DNA of 64,000 nt from NCBI RefSeq assembly GCF_009914755.1, contig NC_060933.1; one strand, given 5' to 3'. The first letter of the stretch is position 1; every line of letters begins with the position of its first letter. This stretch comes from the human T2T-CHM13v2.0 reference genome, Homo sapiens. The notes under the pieces were generated by a model. That model had not been told where the DNA came from. It made no database searches and saw only the letters and a program-made list of their open reading frames with translations. Of this stretch, positions 42,451 through 55,560 are shown one piece after another. The position numbers and the translations under genes are program-made.

Positions 42451-45400
42451 GATAGAAGCATTCTGAGAAACTTCTTTGTGATGTGTGCATTCACCTCCCA
42501 GAGTTGAATCTTTCCTTTGAAAGACCAGTTTTGAAATACTCTTTTTGAAGAATCTGCAAGTGGACATTTAAAGCGCTTTGCGTGCTATGGTAGAATAGGA
42601 AATATCTTCACATAAAATCTAGACAGAAGGAATCTGAGAAACTTCTTTGTGATGTATGCATTTATCTCACCATGTTAAACCTTTCTTTGGATTGAGCAGT
42701 TTTGAAACTCTCATTTGTAGAAGCTGCAAGTAGACCTTTGGAGCGGTTTGAGGCCTATCCTGGAAAAGGGAATATCTTAACATAATAACTAGACAGAAGA
42801 ATTCTGAGAAACTTCTTTGTGATTTGTGTGGTCATCTCACAGAGTTGAAACTTTCTTTTATTTAGCATTTTGGAAACAATCTTTTTGATGATTCTGCTAG
42901 TGGATCTTTGGAGCGCTTTGTGGCCTATGGCAGTAAAGAAAATATCTTCACATAAAATCTAGACAGAAGGAATCGGAGAAACTTTTTGTGATGTGTCTAT
43001 TCATCTCACAGAGTTAAACCTTTCTTCTGATTGTGCAGTTTTGAAACTCTGTTTTTGTAGAAAATGCAATTTGACATTTTTAGCACTTTGAGGCCTATGG
43101 TGTAAAAGGAAATATCTTCACATAAAAACTAGACAGAAGAATTCTGAGAAACATCATTGTGATGTGTGCGTTCATCTCACAGTGTTGAACCTTTCTTTTG
43201 ATTGAGCAGTTTTGAAACACTGTTTTTGCATAATCTGAAATTGGACATTTGGAGCGCTTTGCTGTCTAAGGTAGAAAAGGAAATATCTTCATATAGCATC
43301 TAGACTGAAGCAGTCTGAAAAACTTCTTTGTGATATGTGCATTCATCTCACAGAGTTAACTTTTTCTTTTCACTGAGCAATTATGAAAATCTCTTTTTGT
43401 AGAATCTGCAAGTGGACATTAGGGGCGCTTTGAGGCCTATGGTGGAAATCGAAATACCTTCACATAAGAACTAGACAGAAGGATTCTGAGATGTTTCTTT
43501 GTGAAGTGTGAATTCATCTCACCGAGTTGAATTTTACTTTCAGTTGAGCAGTTTTGAAACACTCTTTTTGCAGAATCTGCAAGTGGACATCTGGAGTGCT
43601 TTGAGGCCTATGGTGGATAACGAAATATCTTCCCATAATAACTAGACAGAAGCATTCTCAGAAACTTCTTTGTGATGTGTGCATTCAACTCACAGAGTTG
43701 AACCTTTCTGTTGTTGGATTAGCTTTGAAACACTCCTTTCATAAAATCTGCAAGTGGACATTGGGAGCACTTTGAGGCCTCTGGTGGAAAAGAAAACATC
43801 TTCACATAAAAACTAAACAGAAGCATTCTGTCAAATTTCTTTGTGATGTGTGCATTCATCTCACAGAGTTGAGCCTTTCTTTTCATTGAGCAGTTTGGAA
43901 ATGCTCTTTTTGTACAATGTGCTAGTGGACATTTGGAGCACTTTTAGGACTATGGTGGAAAAGGAGATATCTTCAGATAAAAACTAGATCGAAGCATTCT
44001 GACAACCTTCTTTGTGATATGTGCATTCATCTCACACAGTTGAAACTTACTTTTGATTGAGCAATTTTGAAACATCCTTTTTGTGGAATCTGCAGGAGGA
44101 TATTTGGAGGGCTTTGATGCCTATTGTGGGGCCTATTGTGGAATAGGAAATATCTTCACATTAAAACTAGATAGAAGAATTCTGAGAATCTTCTTTGTTA
44201 TGTGTGCATTAATCTCAGAGAGTTGAACCTTTCTTTTGATTGAGCAGTTTTGGAACACTCTTTTTGTACAATCTGCAAGTGGATGTTTGGAGCGCTTTCA
44301 GGACTATTGTGGAAAAGGAAATATCTTCAAATAAAAACTAAACAGAAGCATTCTGAGAAACTTGCTTGTGGTGTGTTCATTGGTCTCACAGAGGTGAAGT
44401 TTTCTTTTGATTGAGCTGTTGGAAACACTCTTTTTGTAGAATCTGCAAGTGGACATTTGGAGTGCTTTGTAGCCTATGGTAGAAAAGGTAACATCTTCAC
44501 ATAAAATATAGACAGAAGCAATCTGAGAAATTTTTTGTGATGTGTGCACTCAGCTCAGAGAGATAAACCTTTCTTTTGATTAAGCAGTTTTGAAACTGTC
44601 GTTTTGTAGAATCTGCAAGTGAACATTTGGAGTGCTTTCAGGCCTATTTTGGAAAAGGAAATATCTTCACATAAAAACTAGACAGAAGAATTCTAAGAAA
44701 CTTCTTTGTGATGCGTGCGTTCATCTCAGAGAGTTGAACATTTCTTTTGATTGAGCAGTTTGGAAACACTCTTTTTGTACAACCTGCAAGTGGACATTTG
44801 GAGGGCTTTGCAGCCTATGGTAGGAAAGGAAATATCTTCACATAAAATCTAGACAGAATCAATCTGAGAAACTTCTTTGTGATGTGTGCATATATCTCAC
44901 AGAGTTAAACTGTTCTTTTTATTGAGCAGTTTTGAAACTCTCTTTTTGTAGAATCTGCAAGTGGACATTTGGAGCGATTTGAGGCCTATGGTGGAAAAGG
45001 TAACATCTTCACATAAAAACTACACAGAAGAATTCTGAGAAACTTCTTTGTGATGTGTGCATTCCTCCCACAGAGTTGAACCTTTCTTTTGATTGAGCAA
45101 CTTGAAAACACTCTTTTTGTAGAATCTACAAGTGGATATTTAGAGCGTTTTGCGACCTATGGTGGAAGAATAAATATCTTCACATAAGAACTAGACAGAA
45201 GAATTTTGAGAAACTTCTTTCTGATGTGCTCATTCATCTCACAGAGTTGAACCTTTCTTCTTATTGAGCAGTTTGGAAACACTCTTTGTATAATCTGCAA
45301 GTGGACATTTGGAGCGATTTGCTGCCTATGGTAGAAAAGGAAATATCTTCATATAAAATCTCGATAGAAGCAATCTGAGAAACTTCTTTTTGATGTGTGC

Positions 45401-48400
45401 ATTCATCTCACAGAGTAAAACCTTTCTTTTGATTTAGGAGTTTTGAAACTCTCTTTTTGTAGCATCTGCAAGTGGACATTTGGAGCGCTTTGAGACCTGT
45501 GATGGAAAAGGAAATATCTTCACATAAAAACTACACTGAAGAATTCTGTGAAACTTCTTTGTGATGTGAGCGTTCATCTCTCAGATTTGAAACTGTCTTT
45601 TCATTGAGAAGTTTGGAAACACTCTTTTTGGAGTATTTGGAAGTGAACATAATGTGCGCTTTGTCGCCTATGGTAGAAAAGTAAATATCTTCATATAAAA
45701 TCTAGACAGAAGCAATCTGAGAAATATTTCTGTTATGTGTGCATTCATCTCACAGAGTTAAACCTTTTTTTGATTGAGCAGTTTTGAAACTCTCTTTTTC
45801 AGGAATCTGCAAGTGGACATTTGGAGCGCATAGAGGCCTATGGTGGAAAAGGAAATAACTTCACATAAAAACTAGACAGAAGAATGCTCAGAAACTTTGT
45901 GATGTGTGTGTTCATCTCACAGAGTTGAATCATTCTTCTGATTGAGCAGTTTGGAAACACTCGTTTTGTAGAATCTGCAAGTGGACATTTGGAACGCTTT
46001 GCAGCCTATGGTAGAAAAGGAAATATCTTCACATGAAATCTAGAAAGAAGCAATCTGAGAAACTATTTTGTGATGTGTGCATTCATCTCACAGAGTTAAA
46101 CTTCTCTTCTGATTCAACAGTTTTGAAACTCCCTTTTTCTAGAATCTGAAAGTGGACATTTGGGGCACTTTGAGACCTCTAGTGGAAGAGGAAATATCTT
46201 CACATAAAAAGTAGACAGAAGTATTCTGAGAAACCTCTTTGTGATGTGTGCATTCATCTCACAGGGTTGAATCTTTCTTTTGATTGAGCAGTTTGGAAGC
46301 ACTGTTTTTGTGGAATCTGCAGGTGGATATGTGGAGGGCTTTGAGGCCTATTGTGGGGCTTATTGGGGAGTAGGAAATATCTTCACATTAAAGCTAGACA
46401 GAAGAATTCTGAGAAAATTCTTTGTGATGTGTGCATTAATCTCACAGAGTTGAACCTTTCTTTTGATTGAGCAGTTTTGAAACACTATTTTTGTAGAATC
46501 TGCAATTGGATGTTTGGAGCGCTTTCAGGACTATTGTGGAAAAGGAAATATCTTCAAATAAAAATGAAACAGAAGCATTCTGAGAAATTGCCTGTGATGT
46601 TTCCATTCATCTCACAGAGTTGAACTTTTCTTTTGATCGAGCTGTTGGAAACACTGTTTTTGTACAATCTGTAAGTGGACATTTGGAGTGCTTTGTGGCT
46701 TATGGTAGAAAAGGAAACATCTTCACATAAAATCTAGACAGAAGCAACCTTATAAATTTTTTATTATGTGTGCATTCATCTCATAGACTTAAACCTTTCT
46801 TTTCATTGATCAGTTTTGAAAATCTCTTTTTATAGAATCTGCAAATGGACATTTGTAACACTTTGAGGCCTATGGTGGAAAAGGAAATATCTTCAATTAA
46901 AAACTAGACAGAAAAATTCTGAGAAACTACTTTGTGATGTGTACGTTCATCTCACAGAGTTGAATCTTTCTTTTGATTGAGCAGTTTGGAAACACTCTTT
47001 TTGTAAAATATGAAAATGGACATTTGGAGGGCTTTGCAGCCTATGGGAGAAAAGGAAATATCTTCACATAAAATCTAGACAGAATCAATCTGAGAAACTT
47101 CTTTGTGATGTGTGCATTCATCTAACAGAGTTAACGTTTCCTTTGATTGAGCAGTTTTGAAACTCTCTTTTAGTACAATCTGCATGTGGACATTTGTAGT
47201 GCTTTGGGGCCTATGGTGGAAAAGGAAATATCTTCACATAAAAACTAGACAGAAGAATTCTGAGAAACTTCTTTGTGATGTGTGTGTTCATCACACAGAG
47301 ATGAAAGTTTCTTTTGATTGAGCAGATTGGAAACACTCATTTTGTAGAATCTGCAAGTGGACATTTTTAGCGCTTTGTGGCCTACATAAGAAAACTAAAT
47401 ATTTTCAAAAAAATCTAGACAGAAGCAATCTGAGAAACTTCTTTGTGATGTGTGCATTCATCTCACAGAGTTAAACCTCTCTTCTGATTCAGCAGTTTTG
47501 AAATTCTCTTTTTCTAGAATCTGAAAGTGGACATTTGGGGCACTTTGAGACCTGTAGTGGAAGAGGAAATATCTTCACATAAAAACTAGACAGAAGAATT
47601 CTGAGAAACCTCTTTGTGATGTGTGCATTCATCTCACAGAGTTGAACCATTCTTTTGATTGAGCAGTTGGAAGCACTCTTTTTGTGGAATCTGCAGGTGG
47701 ATATTTGGAGGGCTTCGAGGCCTGTTGTGGGGCCTATTGGGGCATAAGAAATATCTTCACATTAAAGCTAGACAGAAGAATTCTGAGAAAATTCTTTGTG
47801 ATGTGTGCATTCATCTCACAGAGTTGAACTTTTCTTTTGATCGAGCAGTTTGGAAACACTCTTTTTGTGGAATCTGCAAGTGGACATTTGGAGCGCTTTG
47901 CGGCCTAAGGTAGAAAAGGAAATATCTTCATATAAAATCTAGACAAAAGCAATCTGAGAAACTTCTATCTTATATGTGCATTCATCTCACAGCGTTAAAT
48001 CTTTCTTTTGATTGAGCAATTTTGAAACTCTTTTTTTGTAGGATCTGGAAGTGGACATTTGGAGGAGTTTGAGGCCTGCTGTGGAAAAGGAAATAACTTC
48101 ACATAAAAACTAGACAGAAGAATTCTGAGCAACATCTTTGTGATGTGTGCATTCATCTCAGAGTTGAACCTTTCTTTGATTGAGCAGTTTGGAAATACTC
48201 TTTTTGTAGAATCCGTCAGTGGACATTTGGAGCGCTTTGCAGCCTATGGTAGAGAACGAAATATCTTCACATAATATCTAGACAGAAGCAATCTCAGAAA
48301 CTTCTTTGTGATATGTGCATTCACCTCACTGTATTAAACCTTTCTTTTGATAGAGGAGTTTTGAAACTCTCTTGTTGTAGAATCTGCAAGTGGACATTTG

Positions 48401-51400
48401 GATCAATTTGTGGCCTATGGTGAAAAAGTTAATATCTTCATATGAAAACTAGACAGAAGAATTCTGACAAACTTCTTTGTGATGTGTGCATTCATCTCAC
48501 ACAGTTGAACTTTTCTTTTGATTGGGCAGTTTGGAAACACTCTTTTTGTAGTATCTGCAGGAGGACATTTGGAGCGCTTTGTGGTCTATGTATGGTAGAT
48601 AAGGAAATATCTTCACATAAAATCTAGACAAAAGCAATCTGTGAAACTTCTTTCTGATATGTACATTCATCTCACAGAGGTAAAACTTTCTTTGGATTGA
48701 ACAGTTTTGAAACACTCTTTTTGGAGTATCCACAAGTGGACATTTGGAGCGTTCTGAGGTCTATGTTGGACAATGAAAAATCTTCACTTAAAAACTAGAC
48801 AGAGGAATTCTGAGAAACTTCTTTGTGATGCATGTGCTCATCTCACAGAGTTGAATCTTTCTTTGGATTGAGCAGTTTGGAAACACACTTTTTGTAGAAT
48901 CTACAAGTGGAAATTGGAGCTCTTTGTGGCCTACAGTAGAAAAGGAAATATCTTCAAATAATATCTAGACAGAAGCAGTCTGAGAAATCTCTTTGTGATG
49001 TGTGCATTCATCTCACAGAGTTAAACGTTTCTTTTGATCGAGCAGTTTGGAAACACTCTTTTTGTAGAATCTGCAAGTGGACATTTCGAGAGCTTTGAGG
49101 AATATTATGGAAAAGGAAATATCTTCACATAAAAACTAGACAGAAGAATTCTGACAAACTACTTTGTGATGTGTGCGATCATCTCACAGAGTTGAACTTT
49201 TCTTTTGATTGAGCAGTTTGGAAACACTCTTTGTAGAATCTGCATGTCGACATTTGCGGCACTTTGTGGCCTATGGTAGAAAAGGAAATATCTTCACATA
49301 AAAACTAGAGAGAAGAATTCCGAGAAACTTCATTGATATGTGTGTGTTCATCTCACAGTGTTGAAACTTTGCTTTGATTGGGCAGGTTGGAGACACTCTT
49401 TTCATAGAATCTGCAATTGGACATTAGGATCGCTTTGCGGCCTATGGTAGTAAAGCAAATACCTTCACATAAAATCCAGACAGAAGTAATCTGAGGAACT
49501 TCTTTCTGGTGTATGCATTCATCTCACAGAGTTAAACCTTTCTTTTGATAGAGCAGTGTTGAAACTCTTTTTGTATAATCTACAAGTGGACATTTGGAGC
49601 GCTTTGAGACCTATGGTAAAAAAGGAAATATCTTCACATAAAAACTAGACAGAAGAATTCTGAGAAACGTCCTTGTGATGTGTGCATTCATCTCACAGAG
49701 TTGAACCTTTCTTTTGATTGAGCAGTCTGGAAACACTCTTTTTGTAGAATCTGCAAGTGGAGATTTGTAGCGCTTTGCAACCAATGGAAGAAAAGCAAAT
49801 ATCTTCACATAAAATCTAGACAGAAGGAATCTGAGAAACTTCTTTGTGATGTGTGCATTCATCTCACAGTGTTAACACTTTCTCTTGATTGAGCAGTTTT
49901 GAGACTCTTTTTGTAGAATCTGCTAGTAGACATTTGGAGTGCTTTGAGTCTTATGATTAAAAAGGAAATATCATCACACAAAAACTAGACTGAAGAATTT
50001 GGAGAAACTTCTTTGTAATGTGTGCATTCATCACTCAGAGTTGAACCTTTCTTTTGATTGAGCAGTTTGGAAACACTTTTTTTTTGAATCTGCAAGTGGA
50101 CATTTAGAGCGCTTTGCAGCCTATGGTAGAAAAGGAAATATCTTCACATAAAATCTAGACAGAAGCAATCTGAGAAACTTCTTTGTGATGTGTGCATTCT
50201 TCTCATAGAGTTAAACCTTCATTTTGATTGAGTAGTTTTGAAACTCTCTTTTTGTAGAATCTGCAAGTAGACATTTGGAGTGCTTTGACGCCTACGGTGG
50301 AAAGGAAATATCTTCACATAAAAACTAGACAGAAGAATTCTGACAAACTTCTTTGTGATGTGTGCTGTCATCTCACAGATTTGAAAATTTCTTTTGATTC
50401 ATCAGTTTGGAAACACTCTTTTTGTTGAATCTACAAATGGACGTCTGGAGCACTTTTCATCCTATGGAATAAAATGAAGTATCTTCACATAAAATCTAGA
50501 CAGAAAAAATCTGAGAAACTTCTCTGTGATGTGTGCATTCACCTCACAGAGATAAACGTTTCTTTTTATTGAGGAGTTTTGAAACTCTCTTTTTGTAGAA
50601 TCTGCAAGTGGACATTTTTAACGCTTTGATGCCTATGGTGGAAAAGGAAATATCTTCATATAAAAAGTAGACAGAAGAATTCTGAGAAACTTCTTTGTGA
50701 TATATGCTTTCATCTCACAGAGTTCAACTTTTCTTTTGATTGAGCAGTTTGGAAACACTCTTTTTGTAGAAACTTCGAGTGGACATTTTGTGTGCTTTGA
50801 GGCCTACAGTAGAAAAGGAAATACCTTCACATACAATCTAGACAGAAGCAATCTGAGAAACTTCTTTGTGATGTGTGTATTCATCTCACAAAGTTAAGCC
50901 TTTCTTCTGATTGAGCAGTTTTGAAACTCTCTTTTTGTAGAATCTGCAAGTGGACATTTTTAGTGCTTTGACACCTATGGTCGAAAAGGAAATATCATCA
51001 CATAAAAAGTAGACAGAAGAATTCTGAGAAATTTCTTTGTGATGTGTGCACTCATCTCACAGAGTTAAACCTTTCTTTTGATTGAGCAGTTTCAAAACTC
51101 TTTTTGTAGAATCTGCAAGTGGACATTTTTAGCACTTTGAGGCCTATGGTGGAAAGAAAATAACTTCACATAAAAACTAGATGGAAGCATTCTGAGAAAC
51201 TTCTTTGTGATGTGTGCCTTCATCTCCCAGAGTTAAACTTTTCTTTTGATGGAGCAGTTTTGAACCTCTCTTTTTATAGAATCTGCAAATGGACATTTGG
51301 AGCGCTTAGAGGCCTAAGGTGGAAAAGGAAATATCTTCACATAAAAACTAGACAGAAGAATTCTGAGAAACTTCTTTGTGATGTGTGTGTTCATCTCACA

Positions 51401-54400
51401 GATTTGAAACTTTCTTTTGATTGAGCAGTTTGGAGACACTCTTTTTGTAGAATCTGCAAGTGGACATTTCGAGTGCTTTGTGGCCTGTGGTAGAAAACGA
51501 AATATCTTCACATAAAATCTAGACAGAAGCAATCTGAGAAACTTCTTTGTGATGTGTGCATTCATCTCCCAGAGTTGAACCTTTCTTTTGTTGGACCAGC
51601 TTTAAAACACTCTTTTTGTAGAATCTGCAAGTGGACATTTTGAGCTTCTTGAGTCTATGGTGGAAAAATGAAATATCTTCACATAAAAACTAGACAGAAG
51701 AATTCTGAGAAACTTGTTTGTGACGTGTTCATTCATCTCACAGAGTTGAACCTTTCTTTTGATTGAGCAGTTTAGAAACACTCTATTTGTAGAATCTGCA
51801 AGTGGATATTTAGAGCATGTTGTGGCCTATGGTAGAAAGGGAAATACCTTCACATAAAATCTACACAGAAGCAATCTGACAAATTTCTTTGTGATGTGTG
51901 CTTTCATCTCACAGATTTGAAAATTTCTCTTTATTCAACAGTTTGGAAACACTCTTTTTGTAGAATCTGCAAGTTGACATTTGGAGCGCTTTGAGGCCTA
52001 ACGTGGAAAGGAAATATCTGCACATAAAAACCAGACAGAAACAATCTGAGAAACTTTTCTGTGATGTGTGCATTCATCTCACAGAGTTAAACATTTCTTT
52101 TGATTGAGGAGTTTTGAAACTCTCTTTTTGCAGAATCTGCAAGTGGACATTTGGAGCCCTTTGAGGCCTATGGTGGAAAAGGAAATATCTTCACATAAAA
52201 ACTAGGCAGAAGAATTCTGAGAAACTTCTTTGTGATATGTGTGTTCATCTCACAGAGTTGAACTTTTCTTTTGATTCAGAAGTTTGGAAACACTGTTTTT
52301 GTACAACCTACTAGTGTACATTTGGTGCACTCTGTGGCCTACAGTAGAAAAGGAAATACCTTCACATAAAACCTAGACAGAAGAAATTTGAGAAACTTCT
52401 TTGTGATATGTGTATTCAACTCACAGAGTTAAACCTTTCTTTTGATTGAGCAGTTCTGAAACTCTTTCTGTAGAATCTTCAAGTGGACATTTGGAGCGGT
52501 TTGAGGCCTATGGTGGAAAAGTAAATATCTTCACATAAAAACTGGACAGAAGAATTCTGAGAAACTTCTCTGTGATATGTGCATTCGTCTCACAGAGTTG
52601 AGCCTTTCTTTTGATTGAGCAGTTTGGAATCACTCTTTTTGTAGAATCTGCAAGTGGACATTTGGAGTGCTTTGGGGCCTGTGGTAGAAAGGGAAATATC
52701 TTCACATAAAATCTAGACAGAAGCAATCTGAGAAACTTCTTTATGATGTGTGCATTCATCTCATAGAGTTAAACCTTTCTTTTGATTGAGCAGTTTTGAA
52801 ACTCTCTTTTTGTAGAAACTGCAAGTGGACATTTGGAGCGCTTTGAGGCCTATGGCCGAAAAGGAAATATCTTCACATAAAAACTGGACAGAAGAATTCT
52901 GAGAAACTTCTTTGTGATGTGTGCATTGATCTCACAGAGTTAAACTTTTCTTTTTATTGAGCAGTTTGGAAAGCCTCTGTTTGTAGAATCTGCAAGTGGA
53001 TATTTGGAACACTTTGCAGCCTATGGTAGAAAAGGAAATATCTTCACATAAAATCTAGAAAGAAGCAATCTGTGAAACTTCTTTGTGATGTGTGCATCCA
53101 TCTCACAGAGTTAAGCCTTTATTTTGACTGAGCAGTTTTGAAACTCTCTTTTTGTAGTATCTGCAAGTGGACAATTTGAGCACTTTGAGGCCTCAGCTGG
53201 AAAAGGAAATATCTTCATGTAAAACTAGACAGAAGAATTCTGAGAAACTTCATTGTGATATGTGCATTCATCTCACAGAGTTGAAGCTTTCTTTTTATTA
53301 AGCAGTTTGGAAACACTCTTTTTGTAGAATCTGCAACTGGACAGTTAGAGCTATTTGCAGCCTACTGTAGAAAAGGAAATATCTTCACACAAAATCCAGA
53401 CAGAAGCAATATGAAAAACTTCTTTGTGATGTGTGCATTCAGCTCACAGAGTTAACCCTTCCTTTTGATTGAGGCGTTTTGAAACTCTCTTTTTGTAGAA
53501 TCTGCAAGTGGACATTTGGAGCGCCTTCAGGCCTATGGTGGAAAGGAAATATCTTCACTTAAAAACTAGACAGAAGAATTCTGAGACAATTCTTTGTGAT
53601 GTGTGCATTCATCTCACAGACTTGAGCCTTTCTTTTGATTGAGCAGTTTGAAAACACTCTTTTTGTAAAATCTGCAAGTGGACATTTGGAGCGCTTTGCA
53701 GCCTTTGCTAGAAAAGGAAATATCTTCACATAGAATCTAGACAGAAGCAATCTGAGAAACTTCTTTGTGACACGTGCATTCATCTCACAGAGTTCAACAT
53801 TTCTTTTGATTGAGGAGTTTGGAAACACTCTTTTTGTAGAATCTGCAAGTAGATATTTGGAGCATGTTGCGGCCTGTGGTAGAAAAGGAAATAACTTCAC
53901 ATAAAAACTAGATAGAAGAATCCTGACAAACTTCTTTGTGATGTGTGCTTTCAACTCACAGATTTGAAAATTTATTTTGATTCAACAGTTTGGAAACACT
54001 CTTTTTGTTGAATCTACAAGTGGACATTTGGAGCGCTTTTGGTCCTATGGAAGAAAACGAAGTATCTTCACGTAAAGTCTAGACAGAAACAATCTGAGAA
54101 ACTTCCCTGTGATGTGTGCATTCATCTCACAGAGTTAAACATTTCTTTTCATTGAGTTTTGAAACTCTCTTTTTGTAGAATCTGCAAGTGGACATTTTTA
54201 GTGCTTTGACGCCTATGGTGGAAAAGGAAATATCTTCATATAAAAACTAGACAGAATTCTGAGAAACTTCCTTGTGATATGTGCTTTCATCTCACAGAGT
54301 TCAACTTTTCTTTTGATTGAGCAGTTTGGAAACACTCTTTTTGTAGAAACTGCAAGTGGACATTTGGTGCGCTTTGAGGCCTACGGTAGAAAAGGATATA

Positions 54401-55560
54401 TCTTCCTATAAAATGTAGACAGAAGCAATCTGAGAAACTTCTTTGCGATGTGTGCATTCATCTCACAGAGTTAAACCTTTCTTTTGATTGAGCAGCTTTG
54501 AAACTCTCTTTTTGTACAATCTGCAAGAGTACATTTGGAAAGGTTCGCGGCCTATGGTGGAAAAGGAAATATCTTCACATAAAAACTAGACAGAAGAATT
54601 CTGAGAAATTTCTTTGGGATGTGTGCACTCATGTCACAGAGTTAAACCTTTCTTTTGATTGAGCAGTTTCAAAACTCTTTTTGTAGAATCTGCAAGTGGA
54701 CATTTTTAGCGCTTTGAGGCCTATGGTGGAAAGGAAATATCTTCACATAAAAACTGGACAGAATTCTGAGAAAGTTCTTTGTGATGTGTGCATTTGTCTC
54801 ACAGAGTTGAACTTTTCTTTCAATTGAGCAGTTTGGAAACACTCTTTTTGTAGAACCTGCAAATGGAAGTTTGGAGTGCTTTGTGGCCTATGGTAGAAAA
54901 GGAATTATCTTCACATAAAATCTAGACAGAAGCAATCTGAGAAACTTCTTTGTGACTTGTGCATTCATCTCACGGAGTTAAACCTTTCTTTTGATTGAGC
55001 AGTTTTGAAACTCTCTTTTTGCAGAATCTGCAAGAGTACATTTGGAATGCTTCGAGGCCTATGGTGGAAAATGAAATATCTTCACATAAAAACTAGAGAG
55101 AAGAATTCTGAGAAACTTTTTTGTGATGTGTGCATTCATCTCACAGTGTTAAACCTTTCTTTTGATTGAGCAGTTTTGAAACTCTTTTTGTAGAATCTGC
55201 AAGTGGACATTTTCAGTGCTTTGAGGCCTATGGTGGTAAGGAAACATCTTCACATAAAATCTAGACAGAAGCAATCTGAGAAACTTCTTTGTGATGTGTG
55301 CATTCATCTCACAGAGTTAAACTTTTCTTTTGCTCGAGCAGTTTAGAAAGCTTCTGTTTGTAGAATCTGCAAGTGGACATTTGGAGCACTTTGCTGCCTA
55401 TGGTAGAAAAGGAAATATCTTCACATAAAATCTAGACTGAAGCAATCTGAGAAAATTCTTTCTGATGTGTGCATTCATCTGACAGAGTTGAACCATTCTT
55501 TTGATTGAGCAGTTTGGAAACACTCTTTTAGTAGAATCTGCAAGTGCATATTTGGGGCCC
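42451..55560 (+). repeat. Old alpha satellite layer with residual dimeric alternation, no CENP-B boxes
   Basis: Monomers mostly alternate between aaaactagacagaagAATTctgag...tttGGaaacactc...ggTAGaaaagg and aaaTctagacagaagCAATctgag...gttAaacc...tttgaaaCTCtc...ggTGGaaaagg. Confidence 0.85.
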
